Source: Amphiscolops sp. MND2022
Taxonomy: Eukaryota
Assembly (NCBI GenBank): GCA_964187785.1
Contig: CAXLNC010001480.1
Location: 1-64,000, forward strand
Direction of reading: 5' to 3'
DNA length: 64,000 bases
Shown one piece after another: positions 11,653 through 21,343 of this stretch. The notes under the pieces were generated by a model that saw only the letters and a program-made list of their open reading frames with translations, did not search any database and was not told the origin of the DNA. The number at the start of each line of letters is the position of its first letter. Position 1 is the stretch's first letter. The position numbers and the translations under genes are program-made.

Positions 11653-14600
11653 ATGTCAAATTCGACTGACGAAGATGATCAACGACTGTTACAGGCAGGA
11701 AAGATTGGAGTTATGGAGAGCGAGGGTGAAGCAGTGTTAGGAGGAGGAGAAGTCGCGAGTGGTCTGGATGAAGGGAATGGGGAGGAATCGCAATTGATTA
11801 TTGCTGAGACAACTGATGAGGCTGTCACTGGAGATTCTCCTGTTGAGTTGGAAGTTCCGGTGTCTTGTGGTGGGCGTGGATTTGGAGAAAAAGATGATGA
11901 CAGCGACTCTGATAAATCTGGGTCTAGTCTGAGTGAAGTTGGTGTTCCCCGCGGCGATACCGGTGACGATCATGATGATGATGATGGAGGAAATTCTGTG
12001 CATTCAGCATCTAGTGACGCCCGCCATGAATTGGACTATTTGCATGATTTAAAGGGTGAGTTCCTTAGCGAATTGTTAGTGGCCAGCTAACTTTTCATGC
12101 TAGTATACAGACGCGTCGTTTCATCCACCTTGTCTGTGTTTTAGGCTTGTCTGACGATTCTCATGATGAGGATTATGTTCCTGGGTCTTCTGTTCGCGTG
12201 CCAGATACTGTGGAACGTGTCCGTCGCGAAGTGTCCTTCGTTGAAGGCAGTCCCGTGAAGCGTGGTCGTTGGTCCTGTTCTGGGACACCTGCCAGGAAAA
12301 CTGCTACTGCATCAGCTGCACCTAATGTAGAGACTAGTGGTGGGTAAATCTTCTCCTTTGTTATCACATGTCATTTTTCCATACTTTGTATATTTTTGAA
12401 TATAGTCGTTTCCTCACCATTTGGGATGCATACGTCTGCGGGGGTTCATTCGACGGACTCTGAAGGTGTTTTGCCAGTGACGGGGGGCTTTGCTTCCAGC
12501 GAGGAGCCTGGGTGTAGTGATCAGCCTAAGCGGGGGCGGACCCAGCATGCTCGTCTTGCCGAAGGCCTGGAGCGCTCTGTGATCCACAATGAATGGGCTA
12601 AAGGTGATTATAGTTTTGTTGTTGGGTTATTAGTGGTTGTTATTTTGGTCTGTCCTTCGTTTTTTTTTGCCGTATGCAGTCTGTCTGAACTGTGTTCACC
12701 CATGATCTTCTTTTTAGCTGGGTTGAAGGATGTGCCAGAAGGTGCTGTGTGTATGTCGGCATCACAGGTTTTGGCTTTCGGCCAGGCAGCTGTTCGATTG
12801 GAGCGGACCCAGAGTCGTGTGGAGGATCGTTCATTGTCGCGCCGTTAGTATTGCACTCTTATGGCTCATTTCCAGTATCAGTAGTTATCATCTTTATACT
12901 CCGTGTATTTCTTGATTCAGTGATAGTTGATTGGAGAGGGGCGGGATAGTAGGTTTCGGGGTGACTTGGTTATGAGTGTTTGTATTTCTGTTTGTAGGTC
13001 TGGACGAAATCATGCGCCTGCTCAAGCAAAAAGGGATCCAACTGCATCGAGTCCGTGGGCATTTGAACGCTGAGGAGGAGACCAAGAGCAAATTGTTTGC
13101 GAAGTACGAGAGAAGGAAAAAACGGCAAAGCGAGCGTCATGTTCTTCGCAGAGAGATGGCAACACATGCGATTCCTCGGCTCTTTGTTAGCCGAAGGACT
13201 GATAAGAACCCAAACGGGTTCAATTGTGCGATTTGCCGTAAAGATGTTTCGTTTCTGTCGCGTGGGGAGCTGGAAATCTGGAGGCATTTCGGTCGCAAAA
13301 CTCATTTCGCAAAGGACCGACGATATCGGCTTGACCATGAAGATTTCATCTACACAGAGAAGTTTGATGAGATTGCTGTTGCCACCATATCACCAGAGTT
13401 GCGTGCTGAAATTGAGCTGACGCCCCCTGTTGTTCTTGGACCAAAGAATGCGTTCGAGGAGGATGAGGTGGACGCTCTTGTGGGCGTAGTTTCCAATGTG
13501 CCTTGCTCAACCTTGGTTGGGGGTTTGTTTGAATTGTTGCGGAGTGGCGGGTCCCACAGCTTCCTTAGACGTTTGTGGAGTCAGTTCAGGACGACCATCC
13601 CCGTGGAGACCAGCTATGCCCAGGCCACCTGGAGTAAAACTGAGTCATTTGTTATTTTGTGTCAGACATTGTATCCCCGAATTTTGCGTCGGGTGCAATC
13701 TGGTTGTAAGCTGTCTGACTTCAGTATTTCTTTCCGGCGTGACGATAGTGGGGTGCAGTGTTATGTCCACTTCTTTGCTAGCGATGTCGTCCGCGAGGTT
13801 TGTGTGCTGTGGGAAGAAGTCTCTCCTGGGCTGTGCGATGCAGAGATCAAGTGCTTGACCCGCGTCCTCGCGATTCTCCCAATTGATCAGTCTCCAGTTG
13901 CTGTCCGGGGCTGTCCTTCGACGCTGTTCAATGTGTTTTCTTCGTGGTGCAAGGACGAAGGTCGACCGGTGCCACTGCCTGTGCTGGAGTATACCCCTGA
14001 TGTCTTTAGAGAGCATATTCGTGAAGCTGGCTTAGTTGGTGCAAACTTGTTGGATCCATTTGCTATTTTGGACTATTTGCTATTGCGCTTGGTTAGAGCC
14101 GTCCACCAGCCTTGGTTAGAGTCTCTGCCGACTTTTCGTGTGTGTATAAGCCAGCGCCAGGTTCCGTTTCCTTCTTTGCGTGCTGCTATCTCAGAGTTGA
14201 TACATCATTGGGCCGATGTGACACTATTCTTGAAAGAGACGGGGACTGTTCTTCCTTCAAAGGGCAAGGCTCCTCTTGACGTTGGTCAGCTCATTGTGTC
14301 GGATACCCTAGTGTTGCCCCGATTGAGTGTCTTGCATGTTCTTGTTGCGTGCTTCGAGGCCAACTTTGTGAAGCAGTTTGATGAATCAGTGACTGACTAC
14401 ACCTGTCGTAATTATTCCGATTTCTGCTATTTTTATTGGAGTTTGCTGGGCAAAGTCAAGAAGTTGAGTAGTCTACCTGAGATCTAGGCTTGGAGCCAGT
14501 ACATCGGTCGTCCCTTGACTACGTGGGCTAATATCCCTTTCGTCGAGTGTCTTCGTGGTGAGCCCCTTGTGACCGTGGCCTTATCAGCTTGTGGAGATAC

Positions 14601-15588
14601 TGTTCGGCGGCCTTTCCTCCGTGAGTGCCATGGGTTTCTTTCGGAATTCTTGAAGGTGTTAAATCAGTCGGCATATGCGAAGTCTGTCCTGTCCTCAAAT
14701 CTGAGCTGCTTTTCGCCTGATATGATGTTGTTGGGCGATGAATCTTACGCAGTTCAATTGTTCAAAGATTTGACGACTTGTCTTCTTGACTGTGGGCGGT
14801 TGGCGTCGTTGGATTGTGAGGCGGCCAGTAATGAGTTCAAATCTCTACTTGTGGAGGTACGGCGTCGGAATCGGCGTGTTGTGTCGTCGATCAAGGACAG
14901 TTTTGTATTCTTGCGGGATTCCGGACTTCTAGACTGCCGGCTGAATTTGGATAAGGTGGTACAAATTGCTGCAATGGCGATGGTTCCGCGGTGTGTCAAT
15001 TATCCTGTCGTGGATATGTCCTTGAGTGGAGCTTTGGTGCCGAAAAAGATCCTGCTGTCTTCGATATTTGCTTGTCAGTCATATGTGACATTCAGGAAGT
15101 TTGCCTCCGGAGAGTTGTTGACCAGGGACTGTCTAGAAGAACTGAAAACCAATTTGCCGAACGGGAAGGGTTTCATGGAGGACGCTTCGTTTGCACCGTG
15201 GAGGCCGTTGTATGCTCATACCCGCTGTGATATGTATCGAAGATTGCGAGATGCTTTCGATGCATACTATCTGGATCAAGTATCGGAATGGCGTCGACGA
15301 GCTGGATTGGGCTTGTATGCCGCGACCGCGTCTCCTGATAAATTGTTACCCGAGTTGCAATTCTCGCATGCTGCATCTGTTGTTGAGGAGAATGTTGGGA
15401 CTTCTTCCGCCGTTAATACTCCCCCTTCAGTGAAGTCTGTCGGCAAAACGGTCAAGCAGGCGGGTGGTTCTGGCAGTATTGCGGAGATCGTCAAGATGAA
15501 GAAAGATCTTCGGCAAAGTGGTGTGTCTGGGTCGTCGTCTGGTAAAGGCAGTTCTAGTGGGTCAGTGAAACGTGGATCCGGGCGATGA
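11653..15588 (+). CDS. Antisense 5-exon gene (~1170 aa, one in-frame TAG at 14485-14487): acidic N-terminus, C2H2/BED-like finger, hAT-transposase-like body lacking catalytic motifs
   Basis: Exons 11653-12055, 12145-12339, 12406-12603, 12718-12843, 12998-15588 joined by GT-AG introns (all phase 1) give one frame; CAICRKDV...IWRHFGRKTH; ORFs 12976 and 14515 share a frame. Confidence 0.8.
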
Positions 15589-15928
15589 AACACATTGTAG
15601 CAAATTTGGATCAAACTTTAGATTTAGTTGTATTTGTACTGCTATATGTTGTATTTCTGTTGTTATTGGTCCGAAAGGTCCATCAGTATGTCGATTTACC
15701 ATAGTAAGCAAACACAGACAAAATTGTCTGAAAATTGAATCGCCACTTTGTGGAAAAAAAGGGGGTTTGTTAACAAACCCGGCAAGTAAAACAGTACAGG
15801 GAGTTCTTGAATTTATTTCTTTGCCCTTCGAATTTGTTTTCTCGTGAGTTTAGGTTGAGTCGTAGGGGTGATTAAGTAGTTTGTAATAGGGTAAATGAGA
15901 CGATGATCCTTCCAGTTAGTTGGGAGTT

Positions 15929-18900
15929 TTAGTCTGTCGCGTTGGGTTCAGCATTTATCGGATTATAATAAGCATAATCCTTCTTCCAATTTGATGGAGG
16001 GTTTGCCCTTAAGTTGTATTTGTTTTTTCGGGGAGAATTCGGGGTTGGGGTATCATTTTCAGTGGCATCAAGATCGGCGTTTAGCGTGGCATTTCCTGGG
16101 TGTTCGTTTGGGTTAGGTTCCAGGGGAAAATCTCCTGGGTCATTCGTTTGGTTGTCCGTTTGGGTAGGTAGATCTTCGTGTGACTCTGGAATTGTTATTG
16201 TGGGTTCTGTTTGAAATGGGGGTGTCGTTGAGGTGTACTCATCGAAATTGGACTGCCATGCCTGCGCGTATAGGTCGTCGTGGAAGACGTCTACTTCCTT
16301 GTCTGGGGTGTAATCTTTGGGCAAGACAGGTTTGTCTGGGAGCGATTTGTCGGTAGGGCATGGTTTCAAGCGAATCCTGTGTAGGATTTGTGTATAGTTT
16401 GTCTGTAGTTTCCGTATTAGGTAATTGTTGTTGGGGAGCACTTTGACAATAATATAGGGCCCTGTCCAGAGGAATTCTTTGAATGGGAGTTTGGTTCCCT
16501 GGGTATTCGCTTTTGGGTGTAAGGCGTAACAGTATTCGTTGACATTGAGGGGGTGGGCGTTTGCTTTTTTGTCGTAATACTGTTTGTATCGCACGTATGA
16601 CTGCATTAAGTTTTTGTTCACCGCCTCCTTGATTTGCTGTGTTTTGTGTAGAATGTCTTCTCCCATGTTCGTCGTCGTAGTTGTAGGTCGTTGGTTTCGT
16701 ATGCCAAATTTGAGGTCCAACACGTTATATGGGATCCTCCCATGGAACACTCGGCTGGGTTCACACCCTAAGGCGGAGTGGTACGATGTGTTGTAATTCA
16801 GCGTGGCGATGGCTACGTATTGATGCCACATTGTCCGGCGCTCTCCTGTCGAGATTTTCAGCGATTCTTTCAGAGAGGCGTGGCTTCTTTCTAAAATTCC
16901 GATGGTTTGGGCATGTTTAGTGGTAGCATGACGGAGTTGTATGCCCAGGGTTCTCGTCGCGTCTGCCATTACCCCAGACATGAACTGAGTGCCCTTGTCG
17001 GTGATGACTGTAGTAGGGAGGTAGGCGTGACGGGTCATGATGTCCACCAAAACTCGGGCTACTGTGGGGGCGTCCGTTTTGACGACATTGTAGGTGAAGA
17101 GGTAGCGCGAGTAGACGTCCATTGCAGTGACAATCGCGTTATAGCCACCGGAAGGCTCATCAAACGGGACGATGTCCATTTGAAGTGCATCTTCTGGGCC
17201 TAGGGCCAGTTTGGAAGTGTCGATCATTGGTGGTGTAATGGATCGTTTGTCCGTTCGTTTGGTCTGCATGCAGTCGGTACACCTGGAGATGTGGTGTGCT
17301 ATTCTGGCTGCCATGCCTGGGTAGTAATATTTCTCTCTGCATTGCTGTATTACCTTGGCTATTCCGGGGTGTTTATTGGCTTGGCCATGGTGCGCTAGGA
17401 TGAAGGAGTCAACCAAATGTGCAGGTAACAGCATTTGCAGGAATTTGACCTTTCCTGCGTGGTCGTAATACTGTCGGTATAACAGGCCGTCCTTTAGGAT
17501 TACTCGGTTGGCTTGTGCGCTGTATTTGGCTGCTCGGGGGTCGGTTGCCAAGAGTTGTTCATTGTGAGGTTCCTTGAGTAAGCGGAGTTTGTAATTTCGC
17601 AGGACATTGTCTTGGTCCTGTTGTTGTCTCATGGTCTTCGACGGACCGTCGTGTTCGTCGGTAGCTTTGGGTGGTCCTTGGGTTACGAGTATTTCCGTTT
17701 GAAATATGGTAACTTCTTGGTCATTGTTTGGTGTTTTGGGATTGGTTTCGTCGGGGCCAGGTTCTTTATTGTTGTCATCGGCAATTTTCTTTCGTGCACG
17801 GAGCTTGCGCTCCCATATTTGTTCTTCAGTTTCCGTGTCATCATCAGGCATGAAGAAAAACTGTTCTTCTTCCGCGACATCGGATGACTGGATGTTGACC
17901 TGGATCGGTGTTGTTCGTATGTCATCTCTTATTGTGAGGTGGACCTTGTCTTTTGGATGAAGGTCGAGGCGGAACAGGAAGTCCACGGCAGTGTTCATTT
18001 TGCCCGGCACATGAGCAATGGTGAAGTGAAACTGAAGAACAAAATCGCAGGCATTCCAGAGGGCCGGGGGTATGATTTTGGTTTGAAAGAAACGTGTCAC
18101 TGATTTATTGTCGGTGAGGACGACAACCGGTTTGGTTGATTCCCAAAGAATGTGGCTATACTCCATGAAAGCGAAGTATATTGCCAGAAATTCTTTCGCG
18201 TAGATCGACATTTTAATTTGTGACGGGGAAAACATTTTTGACCCGAATGCCACTGGTGCGTAGGTTTTTCGGACTGAGCTGATTTTTTCTTCGGGGTTTT
18301 CTTCGATCATGAGGGCATAACCTGCATTTTTGAAGTTGGCGTCGGTCATGAGTACGTATTGTCTGTTAGGCATAGGTTGTTTGAGCCACAAACCACAGGC
18401 ATTGTCCAAGGATTTGTTGATGTTGGTGAAGGAGTTCATGATCTCGTTTGTGATCTTGATGGGCTTTTCAGCCTTGATGAGCTCGTGGAAAGGGGCTATC
18501 TTTTCGGAAAGCCTGGGAATGTAATTCCTGTAGTAGTTGACGAAGCCAATGTAGCGCTGGAGACCCTTTTTGGTTTTTGGGAAGGTCAGTTTTTGTAGGT
18601 AGTTGTGGATCTTCTGATCTTGGGGGGCAATTCCTTCTGGTGACACTGTTCGTCCAAGGAATTGGACTTCCTTGGCACCGAACTGGCATTTGGCCATTGT
18701 CAAACGCAGGCCTGCTTCGCGTACGCACTGGAAGACCTCACGCAGGTTGGTCTTCAGCTCCTCGGCGTTGTGGGTGGCAATCCCGATGTCGTCAACGTAC
18801 TGAGCGCATTTGTCAGCCTTGATGACTCGATCGAGATATTCTCTCATGAAGCTCGAGAAGGAGGAGAGGGACCTGCTGAGCCCTTGTGCGAGTCGGAGGT

Positions 18901-21343
18901 ATGCGAATGTTCGACTGGCGAAATTGAAAGCTAGGAGTTCGACCGACTTTTTGTCTGCCATTTGCAAGACGTGATAAGCCTGGGAGCAGTCTAGCTTGCA
19001 GAATAGCTTTTTCCCTGCGAGGTGTTGGGCAGCGTCTGAGAGGGTGCTGACCGGGTGGTTGTTATTTGTGTAGTCGTCCGCTATCAAATTGTTGATCTTT
19101 CGGAGGTCGACTAGCAGTCTGAGGCGTCCGTTTGGTTTTCTCTGGGCAAATATGGGACTTGCATATTTGCTAAACGGTAGCGTGGTAATGATGCCGTAGT
19201 AGTGCATCAATGCCAGTTCTACTGTAAGATCTTCTTTGAGATTCACTGGGCAGGGTAGGCTCTGCGTGTAGGCCGGCTGATCGTTTTTCGGGGTCAGTTT
19301 TATTTTGAAGTCGTGGTTGACGCCTATGTCCAGGCGGTGACGGGCGAAGACGTCATGGTATTCAACCAGAATGTTCTCTATGTCAGCTCGGTCTTGGCTG
19401 TTCAATTGGGAGTCCTCCCATTTAAAATTCTCGAGGAATTTTTGTCTGCTTTGAGGGTTTGTTGTTGGGTCGAGTTTTTGGATTTCCTCTAGTACTTCGA
19501 TTTCTCGGAGGATCCTTCTCTGGACGGGGGTGTGGGTTGATGGGTCCCCCGGATTGTCTGGAGTTGGGAACCAGAACTGTTGGGTGGTCTCAGGTTTTTC
19601 TGTGGTTTTTAAGAGTTCGTTTACGTACTCTAGCGCCTGTTCTGAGTCGTCCTCTGTTAGGATTTTGAGCGCCGCGATGGGGATGGGTTTGATGTTCTTC
19701 GCTTCGTTGGGCGTTGTAATGTGAAATTCAGCTACCACTGTGTTCTTTTTGATGGTAAATGGGGTAGGTGAGGTGTTCGTGATCCGGATGGGTATTTTCA
19801 TTTCGTGGACTGTGGATAGTGAGCTGGCGATCACTATTTGTTTGTCTTCAGAATAGTTTGGGAGTGGGTGGATGACGCCAGTAGTGTCTGCTATAGCCCT
19901 TATGTTGACTAGGGCTTCGATTGTGATGCATTGGTCAGGGGCCAGTGTCGTTTGGTTGGGGATGGACACCTTGTGTGGTTTCGCTGGTTGTTCTTCGGAC
20001 ACTGGGTTTATTGCGTAGGTTAGATGAGGGAAGTGGAGAAGTCCCTGGCTTGCGTCGAGGATGGCGCTGTTGGTTTTGAGAAAGGTGAGGCCGAGAATGG
20101 GGCCATTGATTTTGCTGGCTACTATGAATGTCTCTTTGAACGTACAGTCGCCGATTTCAAACTGCACTTGGATAGTCTTGATCGGGGTTTCAATGTCGCC
20201 ATTTGCGACTTGTAGTTTGAACGGCGGTGGGTCAGATTCTTGTAGGAGATTATTGGGGCTCATGGTTTTGAGTTTTTGGTACTCTTGTTCGGGCATGCAA
20301 TTGACCAAGGCCCCGGAGTCAATGAGGGCGTCAATGGAAAAATGTTGGAAATCCATCGGTGCGAATAGCATGCGCCTTTTCTGTTTGAGAGCAATTGCTG
20401 AGAATATTGGGAGGCATCGTTCTCCCGTTGGATTGTTTGTGGAGGTGATGTTGACTAGCTGGTCTTCATCCAGTTGTATCAGTGGGTTATTGTTATCTTG
20501 TTGGGTATCTACCGGTTTGGGGTTTGGGTGCGGATTTTGATTGAATTCGCATGTCAGTGCTCGTTTGATCCGCCTCGTCTTTGGGGCTGTATTAGCGTTG
20601 GTTGTATTTGCAGGATTGTCGGAAGGGTCCCCTTCTTTGTGTGTAGTTGTCGTGCCTGTAGTTGAGTTTGTTGGGTGGACGGAGCTATCCTTTATTGGGA
20701 ATTCGGGGCTTTGGGGAGATGATGGCGATGACGTCATTGCAGCCCGGATTTCATTTGTGTGTGCCGGAACTCTTGTGGGTGACCCGTATTCGGTCGAATT
20801 GGTGATTTGTGGTTTGAGGATTGGTCTCAGAGAAATCGTAGGGGGTGTGACGATAACGTGTATTTCCTCGTTTTGTTCTTCGGCGTGTTGTACGGGTGAG
20901 TGACTGAGGTTGCCATCATCTTTCCGCTTTGTGGTGTCCAGATTCATGTTTGTTTTCTTGGCGAATGCATGGAAGGGTACATTGATCGTCTCTTTGAAGG
21001 TTAGGGTAGTTTGGTCGTATAGGTCAGGGTTGTGGTAGGGGTCACAGTCGTAGTCTGGGTCGAGTATGTAGGTGAGAGGAGTTGAACTGGGAGGGAGAGG
21101 GCGTCGGGTTGTATTGTAGAGTTGAGGGTTTTCTTGGTACCATTCTGGATATTGCAATTTGTCAACGGTGGATTTGTTGAACTTGATGAGGCGCCGTATG
21201 AGCCATCTCCGCTGCCAGTCGGTAGATGGTTCACCGGAACACTCTGCGAACATCTCTAAATCGTGGTCCTTCGGGGGTTCGGATGTTGTGTAAAATCGGT
21301 AATCGATATAATCCCCGAAGCGAAGACGTGGCTTTAGGAGTTT
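15929..21343 (-). CDS. pol: Pol polyprotein (protease, RT, RNase H, integrase with GPY/F); intact ORF
   Basis: LIDSGA, YVDDIG, LMTDAN/YAKEFLAI, HHGQANKH..CTDC, QMDIV, TDKGTQF, LERSH, WTGPY. Confidence 0.97.
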   Translation of the reverse strand, partial: KLLKPRLRFGDYIDYRFYTTSEPPKDHDLEMFAECSGEPSTDWQRRWLIRRLIKFNKSTVDKLQYPEWYQENPQLYNTTRRPLPPSSTPLTYILDPDYDCDPYHNPDLYDQTTLTFKETINVPFHAFAKKTNMNLDTTKRKDDGNLSHSPVQHAEEQNEEIHVIVTPPTISLRPILKPQITNSTEYGSPTRVPAHTNEIRAAMTSSPSSPQSPEFPIKDSSVHPTNSTTGTTTTHKEGDPSDNPANTTNANTAPKTRRIKRALTCEFNQNPHPNPKPVDTQQDNNNPLIQLDEDQLVNITSTNNPTGERCLPIFSAIALKQKRRMLFAPMDFQHFSIDALIDSGALVNCMPEQEYQKLKTMSPNNLLQESDPPPFKLQVANGDIETPIKTIQVQFEIGDCTFKETFIVASKINGPILGLTFLKTNSAILDASQGLLHFPHLTYAINPVSEEQPAKPHKVSIPNQTTLAPDQCITIEALVNIRAIADTTGVIHPLPNYSEDKQIVIASSLSTVHEMKIPIRITNTSPTPFTIKKNTVVAEFHITTPNEAKNIKPIPIAALKILTEDDSEQALEYVNELLKTTEKPETTQQFWFPTPDNPGDPSTHTPVQRRILREIEVLEEIQKLDPTTNPQSRQKFLENFKWEDSQLNSQDRADIENILVEYHDVFARHRLDIGVNHDFKIKLTPKNDQPAYTQSLPCPVNLKEDLTVELALMHYYGIITTLPFSKYASPIFAQRKPNGRLRLLVDLRKINNLIADDYTNNNHPVSTLSDAAQHLAGKKLFCKLDCSQAYHVLQMADKKSVELLAFNFASRTFAYLRLAQGLSRSLSSFSSFMREYLDRVIKADKCAQYVDDIGIATHNAEELKTNLREVFQCVREAGLRLTMAKCQFGAKEVQFLGRTVSPEGIAPQDQKIHNYLQKLTFPKTKKGLQRYIGFVNYYRNYIPRLSEKIAPFHELIKAEKPIKITNEIMNSFTNINKSLDNACGLWLKQPMPNRQYVLMTDANFKNAGYALMIEENPEEKISSVRKTYAPVAFGSKMFSPSQIKMSIYAKEFLAIYFAFMEYSHILWESTKPVVVLTDNKSVTRFFQTKIIPPALWNACDFVLQFHFTIAHVPGKMNTAVDFLFRLDLHPKDKVHLTIRDDIRTTPIQVNIQSSDVAEEEQFFFMPDDDTETEEQIWERKLRARKKIADDNNKEPGPDETNPKTPNNDQEVTIFQTEILVTQGPPKATDEHDGPSKTMRQQQDQDNVLRNYKLRLLKEPHNEQLLATDPRAAKYSAQANRVILKDGLLYRQYYDHAGKVKFLQMLLPAHLVDSFILAHHGQANKHPGIAKVIQQCREKYYYPGMAARIAHHISRCTDCMQTKRTDKRSITPPMIDTSKLALGPEDALQMDIVPFDEPSGGYNAIVTAMDVYSRYLFTYNVVKTDAPTVARVLVDIMTRHAYLPTTVITDKGTQFMSGVMADATRTLGIQLRHATTKHAQTIGILERSHASLKESLKISTGERRTMWHQYVAIATLNYNTSYHSALGCEPSRVFHGRIPYNVLDLKFGIRNQRPTTTTTNMGEDILHKTQQIKEAVNKNLMQSYVRYKQYYDKKANAHPLNVNEYCYALHPKANTQGTKLPFKEFLWTGPYIIVKVLPNNNYLIRKLQTNYTQILHRIRLKPCPTDKSLPDKPVLPKDYTPDKEVDVFHDDLYAQAWQSNFDEYTSTTPPFQTEPTITIPESHEDLPTQTDNQTNDPGDFPLEPNPNEHPGNATLNADLDATENDTPTPNSPRKNKYNLRANPPSNWKKDYAYYNPINAEPNATD

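Noticed and set aside
11635-15588. env-like third ORF
   Set aside because: Antisense orientation, no signal peptide, furin site or TM anchor; the hydrophobic stretch in ORF 12396-12848 falls in an intron.
16014-20903. Plus-strand ORFs opposite pol
   Set aside because: Shadow frames of a biased coding strand, with no motifs or splice-linked structure.
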